From a virus, in IMG/VR virus record IMGVR_UViG_3300009839_000001: 37,415 bases of DNA; one strand, 5' to 3'. The notes under the pieces were generated by a model. The model was not told where the DNA came from and made no database searches. It worked only from the letters and a program-made list of their open reading frames with translations. The stretch's first letter is position 1. Each line of letters starts with the position of its first letter. Position numbers and translations under genes: made by a program. Below, one piece after another: positions 16,104 to 23,684 of the stretch.

Positions 16104-16585
16104 CGCCAAAGTTCGATGATCGCGGCGCCCGGTTCGCGCGGTTCGCACTGCGAGGCGGACTCACACGGCTCGCTCTCATGTTCAATCCGGCGAAGCGTTT
16201 CACCGGCGCCGAAGTGCAGCAAATTTTGATCGCGGCCGTCATCTCACTCAACCGGCCGAAATTGGAGCTCACGATGCCTGATGCGAACGATCTCGCTGAT
16301 ATTCATCCTGACGTAATCCGCGACATGCTTCTACTCGCGAGCGTCGATGCACCTCTCTCCGACATCGCCGGTTGGACTCCAACACGGTTGGTTGCCGCGG
16401 CGAATTGGGCGCTCGCCATTCACCTCTCGGCGAGTGACAACGTACTAAACGATTTCTGCCGGGCCCACGACGAAGATACGAATTACGATCCTCCGTTCCG
16501 GTGCATCTGCCGGCCACCGAAACCGGAGTTTCTCAATCACTATCCGGTGCCGGCGCCGTTTCCAATGTTGGAGCACGCAAGATGA
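16100..16585 (+). CDS. Hypothetical protein
   Basis: ATGA overlap start at 16100: MTPKFDDRGARFARFALRGG... Confidence 0.5.
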   Translation: MTPKFDDRGARFARFALRGGLTRLALMFNPAKRFTGAEVQQILIAAVISLNRPKLELTMPDANDLADIHPDVIRDMLLLASVDAPLSDIAGWTPTRLVAAANWALAIHLSASDNVLNDFCRAHDEDTNYDPPFRCICRPPKPEFLNHYPVPAPFPMLEHAR

Positions 16586-16687
16586 GCGATCGCAGCGATG
16601 GCAATGTCACGCATCTCGCCGTCGCCAGTTTCATAGAAAACGTGAACTGTCTTTGGTGTCGCAGAGACTACTTTTGAGGTGGTGGTC

Positions 16688-17368
16688 ATGAAAATTAAAA
16701 TCAAGCATCGCTACACCGGGAAACTTATTTTCGAGCACGAAGCCGAGAAGAACACTCTCAGATTGACCCTCGAACACGCTGTTTCACTTAATGCGAACCT
16801 GTCCGGCGCGAACCTGTACGTCGCGAACCTGTCCGGCGCGAACCTGTCCGGCGCGAACCTGTCCGTCGCGAACCTGTCCGTCGCGAACCTGGACGGCGCG
16901 AACCTGGACGGCGCGAACCTGTCCGGCGCGAAGCTGTCCGGCGCGAAGCTGTACGGCGCGAACCTGTACGTCGCGAACCTGTCCGGCGCGAACCTGTCCG
17001 GCGCGAACCTGTCCGTCGCGAACCTGTCCGGCGCGAACCTGTCCGGCGCGAACCTGTCCGGCGCGAACCTGTCCGGCGCGAACCTGTCCGGCGCGAACCT
17101 GTCCGGCGCGAACCTGTCCGGCGCGAAGCTGTCCGGGCAAAGGCCAGTGATCCAGATCGGTCCTATTGGGTCACGCCGTTCCTATCTTTCGGCGTTCATC
17201 ACTGAGAAAGGGCTGCGTCTCCACACCGGATGCTTTTTGGGAACGCGTGACGAATTTGTTAACGAACTCCTTCGCACGCACGGAAGCAATGAGCACGCAA
17301 GCGAGTATCAGTGCGCGCTCGCGCTGATCGATAAGCACGTCGAACTGTGGACTCCAAAGAAAGCATGA
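16688..17368 (+). CDS. Pentapeptide-repeat protein
   Basis: ATG 16688 follows GAGGTGGTGG. About 23 consecutive A(N/K)L(S/Y/D)(G/V) pentapeptides lie between unique N- and C-terminal domains. Confidence 0.9.
   Translation: MKIKIKHRYTGKLIFEHEAEKNTLRLTLEHAVSLNANLSGANLYVANLSGANLSGANLSVANLSVANLDGANLDGANLSGAKLSGAKLYGANLYVANLSGANLSGANLSVANLSGANLSGANLSGANLSGANLSGANLSGANLSGAKLSGQRPVIQIGPIGSRRSYLSAFITEKGLRLHTGCFLGTRDEFVNELLRTHGSNEHASEYQCALALIDKHVELWTPKKA
16793..17136. repeat. About 23 tandem copies of the 15-bp unit gcgaacctgtccggc (near-perfect)
   Basis: Read directly. Variants occur only at tccggc/tacgtc/tccgtc/gacggc and aac/aag. Several other reading frames are open across the array for the same reason (shadow ORFs 16784-17140 minus, 16791-17150 plus). 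Confidence 0.95.
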
Positions 17369-18564
17369 GTTGGGAAATTAAAGTCGGCAACGCGCTCGAC
17401 GTGCTTCGCGAGATGCCTTCGCGATCGGTCGATTGCTGCGTCACTTCGCCGCCTTACTGGAGCTTGCGCGAGTATCCCGTGAACCCCTTGATCTGGGGCG
17501 GAAAGAAAGATTGCCGGCACAAGTGGGTGAAACACTTGCGACCTGCAGCGAATGGAAAAATCAACGGCGTCGCGAACGGTTGGAAGAAAGGTGCGAACAC
17601 CGCAACGCGCACCGCGCTACTCTCTCAATTCTGCGAAAAGTGCCGGGCATGGCGTGGCCAGCTCGGGCTCGAACCGACTCCCGAGATGTACCGATCGCAC
17701 CTGGTGCAGATCTTTCGCCAGGTCCGCCGCATTCTCAAACCCGGTTGCACGCTCTGGCTGAACCTGGGTGACACCTGGTACTCACGCGCCGGGAGTGGAA
17801 AGCGTCTCGGCGGAACGCATCCCGAGCATTCGATCACTCACTATCGCAAACTGCTCGAAGATAGCTCGACCTATCCGGTTATTCCGCCGAACCGCATGCC
17901 GATCGCGAACGGATTGAAGCCGAAGGATCTTGTCGGCGTTCCCTGGCTTGTTGCCTTCGCTCTCCGGGAATCCGGCTGGTGGTTACGCTCCGAAATCATC
18001 TGGTCGAAACCGAACGGAGTGGCCAAGGTTGCAGCGGATCGGCCGGCGGGGATCCACGAGACGATTTTTCTTCTCGCGAACGGCCGGCACTACTTCTATG
18101 ACGAACTGGCGAATCTTGAGCCGAATAGTCCGGTGGAACGCCAGCGCCGCCAGCGTGAAAAGAATCAGGCGCAAGCAAAAGTCTATAAAACGAAACGCGA
18201 TCATGGCCAGTTCTTCCCACCTGGTGCGACCAGCTTTCACACTCGACTCGACAAGCGGATCGAACTATCGGTGAGTGGCGTGCGACGTCGACGCAGTATC
18301 TGGGAGATCGCCGTCACACCATGGAAGGGTGAGCACTCGTCAGTTTTCCCGATCAAGCTTGCCGATATCTGCATTCAGTGCGGAGCTCCGGAAGGCGGGA
18401 CGGTCCTGGATCCATTCTGCGGGACAGGCACTGTCGGGGTTGCCGCTCTCCGGAAGGGGAGGAATTTCATCGGGATCGATCTGGATCCCCACAGTGCGGC
18501 AGTCGCACGTGAGCGCATCACGGCCGATGCTCCACTCTTCAACACCCAGAGGTTTTCCGCATGA
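17365..18564 (+). CDS. DNA methyltransferase (beta-class N4-C / N6-A type)
   Basis: ATGA overlap with the pentapeptide gene stop. Motif IV TSPPYW is near the N-terminus and motif I VLDPFCGTGTVG near the C-terminus. Confidence 0.85.
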   Translation: MSWEIKVGNALDVLREMPSRSVDCCVTSPPYWSLREYPVNPLIWGGKKDCRHKWVKHLRPAANGKINGVANGWKKGANTATRTALLSQFCEKCRAWRGQLGLEPTPEMYRSHLVQIFRQVRRILKPGCTLWLNLGDTWYSRAGSGKRLGGTHPEHSITHYRKLLEDSSTYPVIPPNRMPIANGLKPKDLVGVPWLVAFALRESGWWLRSEIIWSKPNGVAKVAADRPAGIHETIFLLANGRHYFYDELANLEPNSPVERQRRQREKNQAQAKVYKTKRDHGQFFPPGATSFHTRLDKRIELSVSGVRRRRSIWEIAVTPWKGEHSSVFPIKLADICIQCGAPEGGTVLDPFCGTGTVGVAALRKGRNFIGIDLDPHSAAVARERITADAPLFNTQRFSA

Positions 18565-18872
18565 CGATCGCCGAGGTCACGAAGAGATTTGTCGCTGCAG
18601 TAGCGACGGCGGATTTCACGCTTGGGGATCTAGAGCGTGAATTTCGGTTTGTCGTTGTGAACTCTGCGCTCGAACGCTGCAAGGGTAATCAGTGCCGTGC
18701 GGCTCGAGCGCTCGGGATCCATCGTAATACGCTCTCGCGCATTCTGGATGAGATGGCAAGAGCCGGGCGATCACCAAAGATTGTAAAACGCCAGCAACGT
18801 CGCCGGCCCGCGCCCACCGTTCTCTACGATCCCGAAGTTTTGTCACGAATCACAAAAATGGGGGAAGCATGA
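18561..18872 (+). CDS. Fis-type HTH DNA-binding protein
   Basis: ALERCKGNQCRAARALGIHRNTLSRILDEM matches the Fis/NtrC C-terminal HTH pattern (GN...AA..LGI.R.TL). Confidence 0.7.
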   Translation: MTIAEVTKRFVAAVATADFTLGDLEREFRFVVVNSALERCKGNQCRAARALGIHRNTLSRILDEMARAGRSPKIVKRQQRRRPAPTVLYDPEVLSRITKMGEA

Positions 18873-19153
18873 GCACATTGACGCAACGCGAGATCACCTC
18901 CGGCATTAGCAGAAAGGCCCTCGAAAGCCTGCAGCGAAATCGAAATGTGAAACCAGATGCCGAACCGCAGAAAATCGTGATTCTCGAAACCTGGTGCCGG
19001 CAGTTCGTGTTGCTCGACTTCGATCATTTCAACTTTGCCCTGCGAGACACGATCCACCTCAACGATCGGCCGGAGACGGTGATTTTCTATTTGAATAGAA
19101 CCGAGCTCGACGCACTCGTGCGCCGCGGCGAGGAACTTCTGAGGACACAATGA
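18869..19153 (+). CDS. Hypothetical protein
   Basis: 94-aa ORF with an ATGA overlap start. Confidence 0.5.
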   Translation: MSTLTQREITSGISRKALESLQRNRNVKPDAEPQKIVILETWCRQFVLLDFDHFNFALRDTIHLNDRPETVIFYLNRTELDALVRRGEELLRTQ

Positions 19154-19338
19154 GCCCAATCTGGCAGGAAGTTCGGAAACCAGTGATCATGTTCTTTGGA
19201 GTGATCACCGGTTTCTTAATGGGATGCTTCACCGGTTGGGCGGAGCATCACTGCTTTTTTCTTTTTCATCGCTGGGATCGCACGCGCATGTGCACCGATT
19301 CCTGCGTACGGTGCGGCGCGATCAGGTTCAAACGATGA
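19150..19338 (+). CDS. Small membrane protein
   Basis: 62 aa with an ATGA overlap start. Hydrophobic PVIMFFGVITGFLMGCFTGW. Confidence 0.5.
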   Translation: MSPIWQEVRKPVIMFFGVITGFLMGCFTGWAEHHCFFLFHRWDRTRMCTDSCVRCGAIRFKR

Positions 19339-19354
19339 ACGGTAGTTGAGGAGC

Positions 19355-20505
19355 GCAATCCCAGACGTTTGTCTGGGTTAGCGACGGCCTTGTTTTTGGT
19401 TCTAGAAAGGAGGACATGATGATTCAGTATCAGTTAAAACTTCGAATGTGCAAGTCACAAGAGCAGAAGTGCGAACAGTTTTTATATCACCTGTCCTCTG
19501 TCTGGAATTGGGCGGTGCGGAAAATAGAACTCAACGCCAAAGACCACATCTATTTTTCCAAGATGGAGTTTCAGAACTTTCTCTCCAACCACAGCGAAAA
19601 GATGGGCATTCCGTCACACACGTTGCAAGGTGTCATCTGTACAGCACATGATGCGTGGAAACGTTGCTTCAAGAAGATTGGTGGCAAACCAAAACTCAAA
19701 GGGATGCGTAACAAGATGTCTAGCATTCCGTTCCCTGACCCCATCAAAGCGCCAAAGGGAAACCGCATCAATCTGCCTGCTCTCGGCTCTGTCCGCTTCC
19801 ACAAGATGGAATTGCCTGATGGCAAGATAAAATGTGGTCGGATTGTTAAGCGTACATCAGGCTGGTATCTGTGCTTGTTTATTGATGCCCAGCCGAAGGT
19901 GATAGAGCGAACGGGGTATGGCGTCATTGGTGTAGATGGAGGATTTAAGGATTTGCTAACGCTCTCCACAGGGGAGAAGATTTCACACCCACGAGAGTTG
20001 GAAGTAGCAGCAGAACGTCTTGCTCAAGCACAGCGTGGGCACGACACAAAGTTAGCAGCACGGATTCAGGAGAAGATTGCGAACAGGCGTAAGGATAGGA
20101 ACCATAAACTGTCTCGTCGTTTGATTGCAGAAAATGTAGTTATCAAGTTTTCAGCGGACAACCACAAAGCGGTTGCTCGTAGATTCGGCAAGAGTGTCGC
20201 TAGTTCAGGGCATTCACAACTTCAGAGGATGCTTGCGTACAAGTCGCCCCAAAGCGGTACGCAGTACTTTGAGATTGCGCCAAAAGATTCCACCAAGACT
20301 TGCTGGGTATGTGGGGAGCCAACTGGACCTACAGGACTCGCAGGATTGTCGGTAAGGCAATGGCGATGTACAACGTGTGGAACGTTCCACGACCGCGACC
20401 AAAACGCTGCGGTCAACACGCTCATTGCTGCGGCAGGATGTGCCGTCGAGGTCTGCATATGAGCGCAGACATAATCAGGAATCGCAGACTTCAGTCTGCG
20501 AGCAT
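19355..20505 (+). mobile_element. IS200/IS605-family TnpB-only insertion (IS1341-like); boundaries approximate
   Basis: Visibly AT-richer block carrying tnpB. Subterminal hairpins cccagac-gttt-gtctggg (19360-19377) and cgcagac-ttca-gtctgcg (20483-20500). No Y1 tnpA ORF. Confidence 0.75.
19416..20462 (+). CDS. tnpB: TnpB (IS605 OrfB) RNA-guided endonuclease-like protein
   Basis: GVDGGFKDL (RuvC-I), zinc finger CWVCG...CTTCG, and HDRDQNAAVNT (RuvC-III). AAGGAGG RBS. Confidence 0.9.
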   Translation: MMIQYQLKLRMCKSQEQKCEQFLYHLSSVWNWAVRKIELNAKDHIYFSKMEFQNFLSNHSEKMGIPSHTLQGVICTAHDAWKRCFKKIGGKPKLKGMRNKMSSIPFPDPIKAPKGNRINLPALGSVRFHKMELPDGKIKCGRIVKRTSGWYLCLFIDAQPKVIERTGYGVIGVDGGFKDLLTLSTGEKISHPRELEVAAERLAQAQRGHDTKLAARIQEKIANRRKDRNHKLSRRLIAENVVIKFSADNHKAVARRFGKSVASSGHSQLQRMLAYKSPQSGTQYFEIAPKDSTKTCWVCGEPTGPTGLAGLSVRQWRCTTCGTFHDRDQNAAVNTLIAAAGCAVEVCI

Positions 20506-20776
20506 CAAGGATCTATTTCTCACCGCTCCACAGCGAGCCGCGCTCGCCGAGTTCCTGGAAGCGGGCGCGGTCGCGTTCGTGAACGAAAAGCGCGATGGTT
20601 TTTGGAACTTTCGCGCAAAGTCAGCGATCGCGCTCCTGATCTCTGGCGCCGCCGTCATCGAACAGGGTGAGCTGAGACTCACCGAGCTCGGGCAGATCTT
20701 ATGCGCTGGTGAAATGGTTTCCGGAGAGCATGGAGTACAGTTGCCCAATGAGCAAACATCCATACCCGTTCGTTGA
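20459..20776 (+). CDS. Hypothetical protein whose start lies inside the IS right end
   Basis: ATG 20459 overlaps the tnpB stop. The first ~15 codons run through the RE hairpin. No alternative in-frame start is seen downstream. Confidence 0.4.
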   Translation: MSADIIRNRRLQSASIKDLFLTAPQRAALAEFLEAGAVAFVNEKRDGFWNFRAKSAIALLISGAAVIEQGELRLTELGQILCAGEMVSGEHGVQLPNEQTSIPVR

Positions 20777-20999
20777 GTGCGAGATCACGCACGAAGTGCG
20801 ATCAGGTTACTTGGCGTGCGAACATGTGCTCAACGGATTCGATGGATCCCCAATTGCCGTTGTAGCACCGACCGAAGAGCGAATAGGAGTCATCGAATGT
20901 GCTGCTTGTCACGAGGCTCACCAGATTGAGAATCTTAAAATAACTTTGTGCGCACACTGCGCTGAGGCCACAATTCTGAGGCAATCGAAAGCACAATGA
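20748..20999 (+). CDS. Small Cys/His-rich protein
   Basis: MSKHPYPFVECEITHE..ACEH..ECAACHEAH..CAHCAE. The start is uncertain (20709, 20730 or 20748). Confidence 0.45.
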   Translation: MSKHPYPFVECEITHEVRSGYLACEHVLNGFDGSPIAVVAPTEERIGVIECAACHEAHQIENLKITLCAHCAEATILRQSKAQ

Positions 21000-21029
21000 G
21001 AGAGCCGCGCGGTATATGGAGGGGCAGTT

Positions 21030-21197
21030 ATGATCGTTCGAGAACTGATCGAAGAATTGCAGAAATTTCCGGCTGATCTTCCGGTTGAAGTTGGTTGTGT
21101 TGATAGTCAGAGTGAAGAATTCGAACTTGAGTCCAATCGAGAGGGTCCGTACTCCGAAAAACCCGATCGAAGATATTTGCTGATCCATCACATATGA
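21030..21197 (+). CDS. 55-aa hypothetical protein (below the ORF-track cutoff)
   Basis: Hand-translated: MIVRELIEELQKFPADLPVEVGCVDSQSEEFELESNREGPYSEKPDRRYLLIHHI. GGAGGGG RBS. Its stop overlaps the recombinase ATG (ATGA). Confidence 0.6.
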   Translation: MIVRELIEELQKFPADLPVEVGCVDSQSEEFELESNREGPYSEKPDRRYLLIHHI

Positions 21198-21808
21198 GAG
21201 CAGCCGTATACGTTCGAGTTTCGACGGCCGACAAAAAGCAAAAGCCGGAGATGCAGGTTCGCGAGCTGCTCGAATACTGTCAGCACCGGAAATGGGAGGA
21301 AGAGTTTTTTTCGGACGCCGGCTACAGCGGCTCCAAGGTGACGCGGCCAGAGCTCGATCGCATGATGGCACTCTGCCGGCGCCGTCACTTTGATGTCGTC
21401 GTCGTTTACCGGTTCGATCGTTTCGCCCGCTCCGTGAAGCACCTGGTGGACGCACTCTCCGAGTTCAATGAGCTTGGGATCGCCTTTGTGAGCCTTCACG
21501 AGAACGTCGATACGACGACCGCCCAGGGGAAGCTGCTTTTCCACATTTTCGCGGCGATCGCCGAATTCGAGCGCGAACTGATCCGGCAGAGGGTGTTCTC
21601 GGGCCTGGCGAACGCGAGGGCGAAGGGTACCCGGCTTGGCCGCCCACTCCGGATCGTGGACGTCGAAAGGATTAGGGAGCTGCGCGCAAGCGGCGCGACG
21701 TGGGAGGCGATCGGTGCCTTGGTGGGGGTGTCCAGAGGCACCGCCAAGCGTGCGCTCCTACGAGCTCCTAGGCGTGGGCAAAAACCCCACCCGGGGGGAG
21801 TTTCTTAA
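21194..21808 (+). CDS. Small serine recombinase (resolvase/invertase family) with C-terminal HTH
   Basis: AAVYVRVSTADKKQK (catalytic Ser), VVVYRFDRFARS, AEFERELIRQR, and the C-terminal ATWEAIGALVGVSRGTAKRAL. Confidence 0.9.
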   Translation: MRAAVYVRVSTADKKQKPEMQVRELLEYCQHRKWEEEFFSDAGYSGSKVTRPELDRMMALCRRRHFDVVVVYRFDRFARSVKHLVDALSEFNELGIAFVSLHENVDTTTAQGKLLFHIFAAIAEFERELIRQRVFSGLANARAKGTRLGRPLRIVDVERIRELRASGATWEAIGALVGVSRGTAKRALLRAPRRGQKPHPGGVS

Positions 21809-21848
21809 CTGCCTCATTCTATGGTGCAATTGGGGGAAGCTGATTTAG

Positions 21849-21874
21849 CGGTCAAAAACAACTGTTTTTGCACA
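21849..21874. promoter_or_regulatory. Perfect palindrome CAAAAACA-AC-TGTTTTTG; candidate serine-recombinase site
   Basis: Core at 21853-21870, 45 bp after the recombinase stop. The half-site resembles the Hin/Gin hix/gix half-site ..TCAAAAACC.. (from memory). Confidence 0.4.
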
Positions 21875-22054
21875 GGCCTGTTGAAAGGAGTGGCCCATTA
21901 AACTCCGCCACATCGTTGCAACCTTCGTCTACATTCAGTATCTCCGCTGGTGCAAAGGAATCTATCCGACCGCGGACGATCTCCAAGAGTGGATCCACGA
22001 GAAGGGCTGGTGCACCGATCCGCTCTGCCCATACCTTTTACGGAAGCGGTCCGA

Positions 22055-22387
22055 TTAACAGGACTGCGGTCTCTCCCTGGTGTTGAACTCAATCTGGCGC
22101 TGGCACAGTAGAGTTTGAGCTTCGAGCTTTAGGTGGAAGCCTTTTGCCCGGCCAGCGTTCATCCCGGTGAGAGTCGCGAGACCGATACAGAAGATGCTCA
22201 ATAGAAGCAGTATCACCGAGGCTTGTGGAAGCTCTTTCCAAACAAACGCCATGCCGACGCATCCAAGCCCAGCGGCAACTAGAAAATATCTCAGAGCCGT
22301 GTAGATGACCAGCGATCGGGCTTGGTCGTAGAGATCTTCGGCGTACTCTTGCACGATATCTGGATCGTAGCGAATAGGCATGCGCAT
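22055..22387 (-). CDS. Two-TM membrane protein (moron-like)
   Basis: 110 aa. Hydrophobic FLVAAGLGCVGMAFVW and VILLLLSIFCIGLATL. Divergent from 22474-22734. Confidence 0.55.
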   Translation of the reverse strand: MRMPIRYDPDIVQEYAEDLYDQARSLVIYTALRYFLVAAGLGCVGMAFVWKELPQASVILLLLSIFCIGLATLTGMNAGRAKGFHLKLEAQTLLCQRQIEFNTRERPQSC

Positions 22388-22473
22388 TGAGAATCACCTT
22401 CCTCCTGAAGTCTGGCGCAGGAAGTGCTCAGTTACAATGGCCCAAACGTCCACTCTCCGGAGGACCTAAAGTA

Positions 22474-22734
22474 ATGGCCGATCCCACAAAGCCCGTGCTC
22501 GACGATCAGGATCCGGGTTCGACTCCATGGCGCACCGCTCTGGCCACGGGCACTCGGAAGATGCCGGACGGTTCACAGCGAGTCATGCTGATCATTCTCC
22601 GCGACGACACGCTGCAGATCGCAACCTTTCTCGAAGCTGGCCAGGCCGAGAAGCTGGCGGAGGATCTTCTCAAGTCCGCTCTGCAAATCAAAAGTGGGCT
22701 CTTCGTTCCCCCGGGCGCGTCGCTGGCCGGATGA
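22474..22734 (+). CDS. Hypothetical small protein
   Basis: ATG 22474 is preceded by GGAGGA: MADPTKPVLDDQDPGSTPW... Confidence 0.5.
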   Translation: MADPTKPVLDDQDPGSTPWRTALATGTRKMPDGSQRVMLIILRDDTLQIATFLEAGQAEKLAEDLLKSALQIKSGLFVPPGASLAG

Positions 22735-22890
22735 AAAAACGGCGCGACCCCACCGATCTGCAGTGTGAGCCGGCGTACCCTGGTCTTCATACTGTGCTGA
22801 TCTCGATTCGGGATCCCGAGTACACAGCGCACACACCTTCGAAACGGTGTCCTATCGAAGAGCCTCACGAGATCCGATCGTGCGGCGATA

Positions 22891-23103
22891 TCAATGTTTC
22901 TTCACGACTTGGTTCGCCATCAGGTAGAAGAGCGCGAGGAAGCCGATCAACCAAACCGCATAGCTCCCATAGATCGCGCCAGGCGAAGGCAGATTGAGCT
23001 GCTGTGCATCAGGATCGTTCTGCGGATTCGAGTAGAGATAAACCTGGGGCAGCTCACTCGGATCACCGTCTCTGAGTGTCACGTACACGATTAGTCCATC
23101 CAC
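22891..23103 (-). CDS. Small tail-anchored membrane protein (last gene of the minus arm)
   Basis: 70 aa. GTG start 23103 overlaps the SLT gene; alternative GTGs at 23088 and 23082. C-terminus YAVWLIGFLALFYLMANQVVKKH. Confidence 0.45.
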   Translation of the reverse strand: MDGLIVYVTLRDGDPSELPQVYLYSNPQNDPDAQQLNLPSPGAIYGSYAVWLIGFLALFYLMANQVVKKH

Positions 23104-23669
23104 CAGAGCAAGAGCACGGCGCCGCCGATGACCAGGCCAGCGACGAGATCAATATTCAGGTTTGGCGTGGCAAGGTTCCCCAAGATATCGGCGGAAGAGA
23201 TCTGCGGACCGGCGTCAGTGCTGCCAGGCGGACTCGATTGCATCTGGTCGAGACCGGCGTTATAGACCGTGCTGATCCCGAGAATCCCTTTCACGTAGTT
23301 CACGACTTCACCCGGCCACGAAGTGCCGGCCGCGGTCGCGTTGTCCACGTTTCCACCGCCCCAATTGTAGGCAGCAAGCGCGAGATCCCAGGATCCGTAC
23401 TTTTGATAGAGCTGTTTGAGGAACGTCACTCCACCCTGGATGTTCTGATTGACGTCATTGGGATCGACGCCGAGTTGTGCGGCTGTTGCGGGCTCGAGCT
23501 GCATCACGCCGATCGCGCCGGCGGAACTCACGAGGACCGCGCCGCTCGGTCCCCACTGACAGACACCCGATTCAGTTCGAGCGACGGCGAGCGCGATTCC
23601 CGGATCCACACCTTGCCGGTTCGCTTCGTCGATGATCAGACTCGAGAGATCAACTTTGCACGCAGCCAT
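23091..23669 (-). CDS. SLT-family lytic transglycosylase with C-terminal membrane anchor
   Basis: ARTESG (catalytic Glu-Ser), AGAIGVMQLEPATA, ALAAYNWGGGNV. C-terminus VAGLVIGGAVLLLWWMD. Confidence 0.85.
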   Translation of the reverse strand: MAACKVDLSSLIIDEANRQGVDPGIALAVARTESGVCQWGPSGAVLVSSAGAIGVMQLEPATAAQLGVDPNDVNQNIQGGVTFLKQLYQKYGSWDLALAAYNWGGGNVDNATAAGTSWPGEVVNYVKGILGISTVYNAGLDQMQSSPPGSTDAGPQISSADILGNLATPNLNIDLVAGLVIGGAVLLLWWMD

Positions 23670-23684
23670 TTGTTCGCAACCCTA

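Noticed and set aside
16793-17136. Regular short repeat array that might be mistaken for a CRISPR array or minisatellite
   Set aside because: The 15-bp units are contiguous with no spacers and are in-frame pentapeptide codons inside a well-formed ORF with unique N- and C-terminal domains.
16784-17150. ORFs 16784-17140 (minus) and 16791-17150 (plus) encoding (RAGQV)n / (ARTCP)n
   Set aside because: These are shadow frames of the 15-bp repeat. The A(N)LSG frame has the RBS, the flanking domains and the coupling to the methylase.
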